64,000 bases of DNA from Candidatus Velesiimonas alkalicola (GTDB lineage Bacteria; Omnitrophota; Gorgyraeia; Velesiimonadales; Velesiimonadaceae): assembly GCA_013626165.1 (NCBI GenBank), contig NDHX01000007.1, positions 6,560 through 70,559 on the forward strand, read 5' to 3'. Shown piece by piece: positions 10,163 to 19,084 of the stretch. Below the pieces are notes generated by a model. The model ran no database searches. It was not told where the DNA came from and saw only the letters and a program-made list of their open reading frames with translations. Every line of letters starts with the position of its first letter. Positions within the stretch are counted from its first letter, which is position 1. The position numbers were made by a program, and so were the translations under genes.

Positions 10163-11482
10163 ATGATGAAATGGTCTGAGTATTTTCTTCCAACACTAAA
10201 AGATGCGCCTTCTGATGCAGAAAGTATAAGCCACAAACTAATGTTAAGGGCGGGTCTGGTAAAGAAACTCTCATCAGGTATATATTCTTATCTTCCCTGT
10301 GGATTAAAAGTCCTTCAAAAAGTTCAAAACATTGTAAGAGAAAAGATGAACGAGATAGGCTGTCAGGAGATATTGATGCCTGCAATACATCCTATAGAAT
10401 TATGGCATGAAAGCAAAAGATGGGAACATTTTGAACAGACCCTGTTTCGCCTTAATGATACAAGAGGAGTAACTCCTTTTGTTCTTGGTGCAACACATGA
10501 GGTTGTGATAACAGATATCGCACGTTCTGAATTCCATTCATACAAGGACCTTCCCAAAACTTTATACCAGATACAAACTAAATTCAGAAACGAACCCAGG
10601 CCGAGATTTGGACTTATAAGATCCAGAGAATTTATAATGATGGATGCATACAGTTTCCACAGAAACGAAGAAGACCTTAATAAAACATACAGCACCATCT
10701 ATAATGCACATAAGAGGATATTTGAAAAATGTGCAATTGATGTAATAATCATTGAGGCAGATTCAGGACCTTTTGGAGACGGTATATCACATGAATTTAT
10801 GGTTCTATCAGACTATGGAGAAGACAAGATATTGATATGCAATTTTTGTTCACATTGTGCAGATACAAAGAAGCATCAGATAAAAGAAGGAACACCACTC
10901 TGTATAAAATGCGGGAAAGAACTTTCCGTCCAATCTGCTATTGAACTGGACCATATATTCAAATTAGGAACAACCTATAGTGTTCCATTAAAAGCAATGT
11001 TCCTTGATGAGGATGGTTCTTACAAACCTCTTGTGATGGGTTGTTATGGAATCGGCATATCAAGGCTTTTAAGTGCAATACTTGAAAAACACAATGATAA
11101 GGATGGGATATGCTGGCCATTTTCTGTTGCGCCGTTTGATGTTGTTATAACACAGATAGATGTCCAGGATAAACAAACAGAACAGAGGACAACGGATTTA
11201 TATAATAAACTTGTTTCAAAGGGTATGGATGTTCTTATTGATGATAGGGATAAAAGGCCAGGGGTTAAATTTAAGGATGCTGACCTTGTAGGATTTCCGA
11301 TAAGGATTGTCCTTGGTGAAAAGGCGGTAAAAGAAAATAAGGCAGAGGTTTTTAACAGAAAAACAAAAACTGTTAAACTGATGGGGATTGAAGAAGCGGT
11401 ATCTCAAATATCAGAACTCAAAAAGGGCTATCAAGATGATGGGGAATCAAACAATAATCAACGAACAAAATCCAATAACTAA
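10163..11482 (+). CDS. proS: prolyl-tRNA synthetase (bacterial-type, editing domain missing, Cys cluster insert)
   Basis: Start set at MMKWSEY (Shine-Dalgarno upstream); class II motifs, HIFKLGTTYS, C-terminal anticodon-binding domain; unusual 18-residue tail overlapping next gene. Confidence 0.9.
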   Translation: MMKWSEYFLPTLKDAPSDAESISHKLMLRAGLVKKLSSGIYSYLPCGLKVLQKVQNIVREKMNEIGCQEILMPAIHPIELWHESKRWEHFEQTLFRLNDTRGVTPFVLGATHEVVITDIARSEFHSYKDLPKTLYQIQTKFRNEPRPRFGLIRSREFIMMDAYSFHRNEEDLNKTYSTIYNAHKRIFEKCAIDVIIIEADSGPFGDGISHEFMVLSDYGEDKILICNFCSHCADTKKHQIKEGTPLCIKCGKELSVQSAIELDHIFKLGTTYSVPLKAMFLDEDGSYKPLVMGCYGIGISRLLSAILEKHNDKDGICWPFSVAPFDVVITQIDVQDKQTEQRTTDLYNKLVSKGMDVLIDDRDKRPGVKFKDADLVGFPIRIVLGEKAVKENKAEVFNRKTKTVKLMGIEEAVSQISELKKGYQDDGESNNNQRTKSNN

Positions 11483-12314
11483 ACCTCCGGATAATAATCG
11501 ATCGGTAATCAAAGATTTATTGGATAAATTTCAGATAAGAGACCTAAACGATTGGGGCGGGGTTAACGCTGATTTAATTGTTACAGACCCACCGTTTGGA
11601 ATACAATTCAGCGGCAAAAACACCAACTACCACAGAAATGTTAAAAATGTCGTAGATGGTTATGTTGAATGGAAGGTACCAGAATACGGCTGGAAAACCC
11701 AACAATTATTAGATTGTATAAAAAAGAATTTAAAAGAAAGAGGTCAAGCTTTAATTTTCTCCGGATGGAACAATAGTAATATTATTCATGATAGAATTAT
11801 GAGATTTAACGGATTAACACTCAGAGGAAAAATGTATTGGACTTATAATTTTGCTCCGGTTTGCAGAAAGAAACTATCCCATAATGTATATGAGGTTTAT
11901 TGGGTAACAAAGGGTGAACAATGGGCATTTCATAATCGATGTAATACTCACCACTGCCGAGGGGGTGAACCGAATTTAACAAATTTAAATTTCAAAAGAG
12001 ATTACAAGGTCAATATGCCCAAATATCCGACAAGACTTCCCTTTAATCTCCTTCAGTGTTTAATAGAGCATTTTTCTAATAAAAATGATTTAATTTTTGA
12101 TCCTTTGTGCGGCAGTGGAATGGTGGGAGTAGTTTCTCATATGCTAGAGAGGGATTTTATAATGGGTGATTTAAATCCAAACGGGAAGCTAGTTTTTGAA
12201 CATTTGTTGGATTATTATCTAAATAAAAATGGTTTAGATCAAGATATTAGATTAAGTACTTGGTGGAAAAATGACCAAAGAAGACTTTTTAAAAATAGCC
12301 CAAGAGATATCTAG
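11433..12314 (+). CDS. DNA methyltransferase, beta-class amino-MTase (N6-adenine or N4-cytosine)
   Basis: Motif IV DLIVTDPPFG precedes motif I FDPLCGSGMVG (beta permutation); start ambiguous (11388 / 11433 / 11436) and overlaps the proS 3' end. Confidence 0.75.
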   Translation, partial: KMMGNQTIINEQNPITKPPDNNRSVIKDLLDKFQIRDLNDWGGVNADLIVTDPPFGIQFSGKNTNYHRNVKNVVDGYVEWKVPEYGWKTQQLLDCIKKNLKERGQALIFSGWNNSNIIHDRIMRFNGLTLRGKMYWTYNFAPVCRKKLSHNVYEVYWVTKGEQWAFHNRCNTHHCRGGEPNLTNLNFKRDYKVNMPKYPTRLPFNLLQCLIEHFSNKNDLIFDPLCGSGMVGVVSHMLERDFIMGDLNPNGKLVFEHLLDYYLNKNGLDQDIRLSTWWKNDQRRLFKNSPRDI

Positions 12315-12930
12315 GGGGTTTAAAAACATTCCTATTCTTTGGGACGGAAGAAAATCTATTCTAGAAATGAAAAAGGCGGGATTTAACCAATGGAAACAGA
12401 TGGAATGGATTGGTTGGTATTTTCAATTTTTGTGTGAAAAGCTTTTAAAGAGTGTCGTAAAAATCCCGGGCCCAAGATATGGTAATGTTCAATTTGATGG
12501 GCTTAGAAAAATACCCTGGGATTTTAAAGCACATGCAATCAATACAAGTAGTCATCAAGTTATTGTAAATGATAGCGAAGCTACGGCTAATGCTATAAAT
12601 GAATTTGGTTGTGTGGGTTTAATTCTGGCTATGGGGGAAGTGGAATACAATGACGATAAACGGACATTTCAGAAATGGCACGAAGCGCTTAAAGGCGGTA
12701 AATCAAAATATGAATTAGAAAGAATTCAAAGAGGCGCTTGGTCAAGATTAAGAAAAGTAGAATTTAGATTGGAACAAATTTCTTTTATCAAAATAGATGA
12801 TGCAGTTTTGGTTAAATCTGGCGCATTTCAAAGAGATTTCCGCAACGCCGATGGCACCCCAAGAAGAGAAAAGGTTTTAGTGAATTTAGAAAAATTAGAA
12901 GAAGAAATAGTGCATTTTCTTGATTTTTAA
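12271..12930 (+). CDS. putative type II restriction endonuclease (PD-(D/E)xK candidate), partner of the upstream MTase
   Basis: Start overlaps MTase stop (translational coupling); candidate catalytic motif FDG-x8-DFK; no other recognisable family; looks more AT-rich than flanks by eye. Confidence 0.4.
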   Translation: MTKEDFLKIAQEISRGFKNIPILWDGRKSILEMKKAGFNQWKQMEWIGWYFQFLCEKLLKSVVKIPGPRYGNVQFDGLRKIPWDFKAHAINTSSHQVIVNDSEATANAINEFGCVGLILAMGEVEYNDDKRTFQKWHEALKGGKSKYELERIQRGAWSRLRKVEFRLEQISFIKIDDAVLVKSGAFQRDFRNADGTPRREKVLVNLEKLEEEIVHFLDF

Positions 12931-12990
12931 ATAGAAGTAGAATGAATTTTATTTTTGACTTTGACTTGTAATTTTTAAATTAGGAGAAGT

Positions 12991-13638
12991 ATGTATATCA
13001 TAATTGTTGGTTGCGGACAGTTAGGAGCACAATTGGGTAGACTTCTTTCAAGCGAAGGACATAATGTTGTCATTGTTGATAAGAACCCAGATTCTTTTGA
13101 AAGAATTAGTAAAACCTTTAATGGATTAACAATAAGCGGCGATGCCATCAATATTGATGTATTAAAACAGGCTGGCATTGAGAACACAGACGCATTCTAT
13201 GCGGTAACCGATAACGACAATGCAAATATAATGTCATCCCAGATTGCAAAAAATATATTCAAGATACCCCGTGTTATTGCCCGCGTATATGACCCTGGTA
13301 AGGCATCTATATATAAAAAATTTGGACTTGATATTGTGAGCGGAACAACGCTTCTTGCATCTATGATGAGAGATAAACTAAAAGATATGCGTCTGAGCGA
13401 CAGATTGATAGAAAGCGAATATGTTGGAGTTCTTGAATTTAATGTTGATGAAAACCTGAAAGGCAAAAAAGTTGAAGACATAAATATAACACAGAACTTC
13501 CTTATTGTTGTTGTAGAAAGAAGTCAGGAAACCATTATACCCGAACCGAGTTATATACTTGAACAGGATGACAGAATACTTGGAGTTGTAAAAATAGATG
13601 CAATTGAAGATGTGAAAAAGAAGCTGGGAATATTATAA
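12991..13638 (+). CDS. trkA: Trk/Ktr potassium-uptake regulatory subunit (TrkA-N + TrkA-C)
   Basis: Rossmann motif IIIVGCGQLG, RCK_N then RCK_C domain; followed by paralog and trkH. Confidence 0.85.
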   Translation: MYIIIVGCGQLGAQLGRLLSSEGHNVVIVDKNPDSFERISKTFNGLTISGDAINIDVLKQAGIENTDAFYAVTDNDNANIMSSQIAKNIFKIPRVIARVYDPGKASIYKKFGLDIVSGTTLLASMMRDKLKDMRLSDRLIESEYVGVLEFNVDENLKGKKVEDINITQNFLIVVVERSQETIIPEPSYILEQDDRILGVVKIDAIEDVKKKLGIL

Positions 13639-13640
13639 GT

Positions 13641-13705
13641 CCGTATTCCGTATTCCGTAAAAAAAACAGAGTACGGAATACGAGCAACGAAATACGGTAT
13701 ACGAA
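13641..13705 (+). promoter_or_regulatory. intergenic hairpin / repeated CGTATTCCGTA dyad between the two trkA genes
   Basis: ccgtattccgtattccgta ... tacggaatacg ... tacggtatacg: inverted and direct copies of an 11-mer form a strong stem-loop. Confidence 0.35.
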
Positions 13706-13719
13706 ATCGTGATGCAGAG

Positions 13720-14394
13720 GTGAATATGTATATTCTTCTTGTAGGTGGCGGAAACGTCGGATATTATCTTGCAAAGCGTCTTGTAGGGGATAAACACACG
13801 GTTGTATTAGTAGAAAAAGAGCCTGTTATATGTGAGAAAATAGCGCAAGGTATGGATATACTTGTTATAAACGGAGATGGTTGTGAACCGGATGTACTTA
13901 AAGATGCAGGTATAGAGAAGGCTGATGTTATTGCAGCGTTGACAGGAAACGATACCGATAACCTCATAATATCACAGATTGCAAAACAGACATTTAATAT
14001 ATCAAGAACTGTCGCAAGAGTAAATGACCCTGGTAATACACACTCGTTTAGTGAACTCGGGGTTGATGTTCCCGTTGACTCAACTTCCATAATTGCAAAG
14101 ATAATTGAAGAAGAGGTCTCACTGGAAGATTTTATAACGCTTATGACATTTAAAAAGGGAAAGATTGCGCTTGTGCGTGTGGATTTAGAAAAAACCTCTC
14201 CGTCTGTTGGAAAAATGGTAAAAGATATAAACCTTCCCTTAAACTCTGTTCTTGTTTCCATATTAAGAGCCAATGATATTATAATACCCAAGGGGAGTAC
14301 CATCCTTCAGGAAAGAGATGACATAGTTGCACTAACACCCATAGAAAACGAACAAGAACTCATAACAGCCATCTTGGGAAAAGTGGAAGAATAA
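13720..14394 (+). CDS. trkA: Trk/Ktr potassium-uptake regulatory subunit, second paralog
   Basis: GTG start; LLVGGGNVGYYLAKRL Rossmann motif, RCK_N + RCK_C. Confidence 0.85.
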   Translation: MNMYILLVGGGNVGYYLAKRLVGDKHTVVLVEKEPVICEKIAQGMDILVINGDGCEPDVLKDAGIEKADVIAALTGNDTDNLIISQIAKQTFNISRTVARVNDPGNTHSFSELGVDVPVDSTSIIAKIIEEEVSLEDFITLMTFKKGKIALVRVDLEKTSPSVGKMVKDINLPLNSVLVSILRANDIIIPKGSTILQERDDIVALTPIENEQELITAILGKVEE

Positions 14395-14523
14395 TGGCAA
14401 AGAAAAAGCTTATATTTAATATGTTTGACTTTTTTACCGGTGTTCTTATAGAGTTTGCGTTCTGCACCTTAATAATATTGTTGGGTTTTGCCATAAGCCT
14501 GATCGTTTTTTTGTTGTAGTAAA

Positions 14524-16041
14524 TTGAGAGGGTTCTGTATGCTTATCCGCCCGAGATTTATTGACTTTAAGATAATTTTGTATTATCTCTCAAGGGCTAT
14601 GACTGGTTTTGCCCTGCTGATGTTTGTTCCTCTCATTATCGCGCTTTTGTATTCAGAGACCAACCCCGCCATTGATTATTGTATCGGAATCATTATTACA
14701 TTAATTGTTGGTATAACAATCCAGACCCTTTTCCACACAAAAGAAGACTTAAACTTTATGCATTCAATGGTTCTTGTATCATTGCTGTGGATTTTTGCTA
14801 TGTTTTTTAGCGCAATCCCGTTATATTTAAGCGGACATATGGGAAGTTTTCTTGATGCCTGTTTTGAAACAATGAGTGGTCTTACCACAACAGGGCTTTC
14901 ATTAAGTCAAGACCTTGACCATATGTCAAGGGCACACAACTTCTGGAGACATTTTTTAATATTCATCGGTGGTCAAGGGATAATTGTTGTTGCAATAAGC
15001 ATTCTTATAAAAAGCACATCAGGCGCAGTAAGGCTTTACATAGGAGAAGCAAGGGACGAAAGACTTATGCCAAATGTGATTCACACTGCAAGGTCTATAT
15101 GGTTGATAAGTCTGTTTTATCTTATCTTATGTTCATCAATACTTTCAGGGGTTCTGGTTTTAGAGGGGTTTGATATTAAATCCGCAATATTTAACGGAAT
15201 ATGCCTTTTTATGGCAACATTTGATACGGGTGGATTCGGTCTTATGTCACAGAATATCTTATTTTATCATAGCCCGCTCCTTGAAATTACATCTTTGGTG
15301 TGTATGCTTTTAGGAGCAATGAACTTTCACCTACACTATAAGATTATGACAGGTGATAGAAAAGAAATTTATAAAAATATTGAAATAAGAACATTTTTTT
15401 TATCCATTCTTATTCTGTCTATTTTAGTCTTAATATCTGTACAGATAGCAGGTGAATTTAATACCGTATTTTCTGTCTTTAGGAAAGGATTTTTCCAGAT
15501 TATATCTGCTCATACAGGCTGTGGACTCCAGACAATTCCCGCATCAGAATTTAAAAATGGCATAGGCTATGCAGGTTGTTTTGCTATTATTATTGCAATG
15601 GGTCTTGGGGGCGCAGTAAATTCAACAGCAGGAGGAATAAAATCTCTAAGAATCGGAATTCTATCTAAAGCAATAATCCGTGAAATGAGAAAAATGGTGC
15701 TTCCGGAAAGAACAGTCATAATACAGAAGTTCCACCATATAAAAGATATGGTGCTTCAAAGTGAATATGTTAAAGCAGCCGCTCTTATGACCATTTCATA
15801 TATTGTCCTTATACTTATAGGTTCACTTGCAGGAATGTTTTTAGGATATGGGTTTGTTGAATCCATATTTGAGTCTGCATCCGCTTCCGGCAACGTAGGA
15901 TTAACCATCGGTGTTACACAGCCATCTATGCACTGGTTTTTAAAAATTGTATACATAGTGCAGATGTTGGCCGGAAGACTTGAATTCTTATCCATATTTT
16001 CACTTATAGGGTTTTTTATGTCTATATGGAGGGGAAAGTGA
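14524..16041 (+). CDS. trkH: TrkH/KtrB family potassium transporter
   Basis: 505 aa polytopic membrane protein with repeated selectivity-filter-like GxG segments (TTTGLS, FDTGGFG, HTGCGLQ, SGNVGLTIG). Confidence 0.9.
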   Translation: MRGFCMLIRPRFIDFKIILYYLSRAMTGFALLMFVPLIIALLYSETNPAIDYCIGIIITLIVGITIQTLFHTKEDLNFMHSMVLVSLLWIFAMFFSAIPLYLSGHMGSFLDACFETMSGLTTTGLSLSQDLDHMSRAHNFWRHFLIFIGGQGIIVVAISILIKSTSGAVRLYIGEARDERLMPNVIHTARSIWLISLFYLILCSSILSGVLVLEGFDIKSAIFNGICLFMATFDTGGFGLMSQNILFYHSPLLEITSLVCMLLGAMNFHLHYKIMTGDRKEIYKNIEIRTFFLSILILSILVLISVQIAGEFNTVFSVFRKGFFQIISAHTGCGLQTIPASEFKNGIGYAGCFAIIIAMGLGGAVNSTAGGIKSLRIGILSKAIIREMRKMVLPERTVIIQKFHHIKDMVLQSEYVKAAALMTISYIVLILIGSLAGMFLGYGFVESIFESASASGNVGLTIGVTQPSMHWFLKIVYIVQMLAGRLEFLSIFSLIGFFMSIWRGK

Positions 16042-16649
16042 ATATTGCAGTATTTTGTTCAGGAGCTGGAACAAATTTTCAAGCCATAATAGATGCCCAG
16101 AAACAGGGATTATTAGAAAAAGGACAGGTTGTGCTTATGGTCTGCGACAATCCACACGCACAGAGTATAGAAAGAGCAAAAAAAGAAAATGTCCCCTCTT
16201 TTCTTGTCTCTGGAAAATTGTATGAAAATAAAACAGCCCTTGAACTGGCAATAATTAAAAAACTTGAAGAATACAGAATTGAACTTCTTGTGCTTGCGGG
16301 ATATATGAGACTTCTTTCATTAAATTTTATTAAAAAATATAAGAACAGAATATTGAACATTCACCCTGCGCTTCTTCCTTCATTTCCCGGAACAAAAGCA
16401 GTTGAAGATGCCTTAAACTATGGTGTAAAGACCACAGGCGTCACAGTTCATTTTGTTGATCAGGGTATGGACACAGGTCCAATAATACTTCAGGAATCTG
16501 TTCCTGTTTATGAGAATGATACAATCCAAACCCTTTCAGAAAGAATACATAAGACTGAACACCGGATATATCCAAAGGTAATAAAACTATTCTGCGCTGG
16601 AAGGCTAAAAATTGAAGACAGGAAAGTATCTACCCTACCAACCTCGTAG
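16026..16649 (+). CDS. purN: phosphoribosylglycinamide formyltransferase
   Basis: NIAVFCSGAGTNFQAI, NIHPALLPSFPG, formyl-transferase fold. Confidence 0.9.
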   Translation: MEGKVNIAVFCSGAGTNFQAIIDAQKQGLLEKGQVVLMVCDNPHAQSIERAKKENVPSFLVSGKLYENKTALELAIIKKLEEYRIELLVLAGYMRLLSLNFIKKYKNRILNIHPALLPSFPGTKAVEDALNYGVKTTGVTVHFVDQGMDTGPIILQESVPVYENDTIQTLSERIHKTEHRIYPKVIKLFCAGRLKIEDRKVSTLPTS

Positions 16650-16664
16650 GTTAAACCTACGAGG
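16641..16664. terminator. bidirectional terminator hairpin between convergent purN and abiEii
   Basis: Perfect 24-nt palindrome acctcgtaggtt|aacctacgaggt covering the purN stop codon. Confidence 0.5.
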
Positions 16665-17457
16665 TAAGTGAGAGAAAGTTCTTCCGGGTCAAAATCTTCC
16701 TGTCCCCTTCCCTTTCAAGAAATGGTGCTGCATCATTAACAACCACTTTCCAGTTTATATTTTTAATGTGCTTTAATAAAATGCTTTTCCAGTTTTTGTT
16801 GTTTATTTTTTGCCCTTTCCACTTTGTTTGCTGTAAGGCATTATTTAACAAAACAAAATTCGGAACAGTCCATGATGAGTCTGCAAACATCCATACCAAA
16901 TCAAATATATCTCTACCCTTTGTATATTTTCTAGCAAGAATTGCATGCAGCTTGCCAGCAAAAAGCGAAGACTTATCATAATGCAAAACATTTAGCATAA
17001 CATACCGCCTGAAGAGGGTAGTGGTAGTTGTCCCGCCTTCTGGTGGATTGATATCTATTTCAATCTTAACAGACAAAACCTCATCCCTGAGAGGAGAAAG
17101 ATTAAGTTCATACAAAAGTCCCTGAAAACGGATAAATGCACTTATAACCGGTTTTTCTTGTTTTGTCTTGATAAAAATTTTATAATTTTCCGCTTCAAAA
17201 TCTTTTCTAATACGATACAAGAATTTATTAAAATCAATCTTTTCAGGCAATACGAGTGAAAAATCCAAATCTTCAGAATACCTTGGTAGGGAATACAAAA
17301 ACCTCAGGGCAGTTCCACCTACAAAAGCCAAACTCAAAAATGCTTTGCTATCCTGTAAAGATTGTAATAGACGAGCCTGCAGATACTCTATGACAGCGCT
17401 CCGTTTAAGCAGAATATTGGGCTGCTCTTTTATAATCTGCCCTAAATATTCTTTCAT
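16657..17457 (-). CDS. abiEii: nucleotidyltransferase AbiEii/AbiGii-family toxin (type IV TA)
   Basis: N-terminal NTase motifs FVGGTALRF and RYSEDLDF, ~266 aa, overlaps upstream AbiEi-like gene. Confidence 0.8.
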   Translation of the reverse strand: MKEYLGQIIKEQPNILLKRSAVIEYLQARLLQSLQDSKAFLSLAFVGGTALRFLYSLPRYSEDLDFSLVLPEKIDFNKFLYRIRKDFEAENYKIFIKTKQEKPVISAFIRFQGLLYELNLSPLRDEVLSVKIEIDINPPEGGTTTTTLFRRYVMLNVLHYDKSSLFAGKLHAILARKYTKGRDIFDLVWMFADSSWTVPNFVLLNNALQQTKWKGQKINNKNWKSILLKHIKNINWKVVVNDAAPFLEREGDRKILTRKNFLSLTS

Positions 17458-18052
17458 ATTTTTTTACTATTCTTATAAGTTTTGGAATTCCTGATTGTTG
17501 AGCAAAAGAGGCGAGAACCTTTGTACTGATAGATTCTAAATTCTGAAGCCTCAATTCTTCAAGATAACCTTCTTTATCAGAATGAGGGGTTAAATAGAAC
17601 AAATCCAGTAATCCTTTCTCAGGTAATGCAATAAAAACCTTTATACCACCTGACACCTCTACCTCTTGATAGCCCCAGAAAAGTTCTTTTTTGATGTGTT
17701 TGAATTGAAATGTTCCAAAAGGGGTGTGTATTTCTTCTGGCCTGCCAGTACTAACACTTGTAATTACCGGCACATATTCAGGGATAAGTCCATAGTGCGA
17801 AAGTGCAGACTGCAAGCTTATATAAGACCCGCTTTTTATTCTGTTTGCAGCCATGAATGGATGGGGTTGCAATTCCCTGTATGGTTGTGCCACTGCATAA
17901 ATCCCTCTTCGCAACTGGATTAATTTTCCTTTTGACACCCATCTTGTCAATTGTTTTCTAACGACAACAGGCGATACCTTCCCTGCTAAAATAAGAGATG
18001 ATGAAAAAATAGATTCCCCGCTTAACAATCTTAATAGCTCCTCATATTTCAT
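17405..18052 (-). CDS. abiEi: AbiEi-family antitoxin / transcriptional regulator
   Basis: N-terminal winged-helix with the family-typical ...LxRWVxKGKLIQLRRGIY motif, 215 aa, 50-nt overlap with abiEii. Confidence 0.7.
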   Translation of the reverse strand: MKYEELLRLLSGESIFSSSLILAGKVSPVVVRKQLTRWVSKGKLIQLRRGIYAVAQPYRELQPHPFMAANRIKSGSYISLQSALSHYGLIPEYVPVITSVSTGRPEEIHTPFGTFQFKHIKKELFWGYQEVEVSGGIKVFIALPEKGLLDLFYLTPHSDKEGYLEELRLQNLESISTKVLASFAQQSGIPKLIRIVKKYERIFRADYKRAAQYSA

Positions 18053-18109
18053 AGCAATAAAATACCATAAATGTCTATTTACTGCAACAAATTTTGGGTT
18101 GGTTGTTGT

Positions 18110-18703
18110 TCATCTATACTCAATCCCCCGAAAGTCTGCCAGAGGCTCTGTTTGCTGTTTTAATTTCTGGGATTCTCTTTTTACAATCTTCATAATATGG
18201 ATGGATACAAAAACTGGCTCTTCAATACCAAGCATTTCCTGAACCTTGCCTTTAATAAGCCCCTGTATTTTTTCTGTAACATCGGGAATATTTACATCAG
18301 ACCACAGGGTAATATTGCTTGATATTTCTATTTTTTTTCTTCTTGCAATTACATCCGAACGAATTTCCTTTATTTCAGGAATCTGGGATGATATATCCTT
18401 GATAAAACCCTCAACCGCTTTTAGTGATATTATTACCTGTCCATCAGGATTGTTAAAGGCAATTGTTTTTTCTTTTTGAAACCTATGTAAAAGAAGCGAA
18501 AGAACAAGAAAACCCATAATAATGATAAATATCCCTATGCTACCTGTTATAATCCTGTATTGTCTTGAAATCTCCACCTCTGCAAGCATTGAAGATAACT
18601 GCCCTGAATCAATCCATTGCATTGCAAATGCAATCAAAAACACTGCAAATGCCCAGAATATAATCGTATAAAACATTGTTACAAAAAGATTAAAAAGTCT
18701 CAC
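18110..18703 (-). CDS. alkaline-shock-response membrane anchor protein AmaP-like
   Basis: N-terminal two transmembrane segments + soluble domain, immediately downstream of and overlapping an Asp23-family gene. Confidence 0.5.
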   Translation of the reverse strand: MRLFNLFVTMFYTIIFWAFAVFLIAFAMQWIDSGQLSSMLAEVEISRQYRIITGSIGIFIIIMGFLVLSLLLHRFQKEKTIAFNNPDGQVIISLKAVEGFIKDISSQIPEIKEIRSDVIARRKKIEISSNITLWSDVNIPDVTEKIQGLIKGKVQEMLGIEEPVFVSIHIMKIVKRESQKLKQQTEPLADFRGIEYR

Positions 18704-19059
18704 TGTTTCTCCTCTTTTTCCACTTCCACAATATCTACATTTACATCCACTGAAGAAAGATTTGCCATCTTTTCAATTGCGTTTTTGACATTTTCCTGAA
18801 CTCTATGTGCGATATCAGGCAAATTGGCACCATATTTAGCAACTATTTGGATGGACACCTTTGTATGTTTTTCTGTAAAATGAACCTGAAGGCCGCTTTT
18901 AAATCCAGATATACTAAAAAATTTAAGTAGTTTTTCAAAAAAATCTTTCTGTATTCTCTTGACGCCTTCAACAGAATTTGCAGCAATATCTGCAACTGAG
19001 ACTATTGCCTGCCTTTTTATTCTTATCACACCATAATCAGATTTTTTTGCTTCATACAT
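18700..19059 (-). CDS. Asp23/Gls24-family envelope stress protein
   Basis: Start moved to MYEAKK (listed longer ORF runs into accC); pattern IRIKRQAIVSVADIAANSVEGV typical of DUF322/Asp23. Confidence 0.75.
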   Translation of the reverse strand: MYEAKKSDYGVIRIKRQAIVSVADIAANSVEGVKRIQKDFFEKLLKFFSISGFKSGLQVHFTEKHTKVSIQIVAKYGANLPDIAHRVQENVKNAIEKMANLSSVDVNVDIVEVEKEEKQ

Positions 19060-19084
19060 TGTATTTTCTTTCCCACTAAAAAAT

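Noticed and set aside
12931-12990. Possible sigma70 promoter (TTGACTTTGACTTG … TAAATT) for trkA
   Set aside because: It is plausible, but the AT-rich context makes hexamer matches frequent. I did not list it as a feature without transcription-start evidence.
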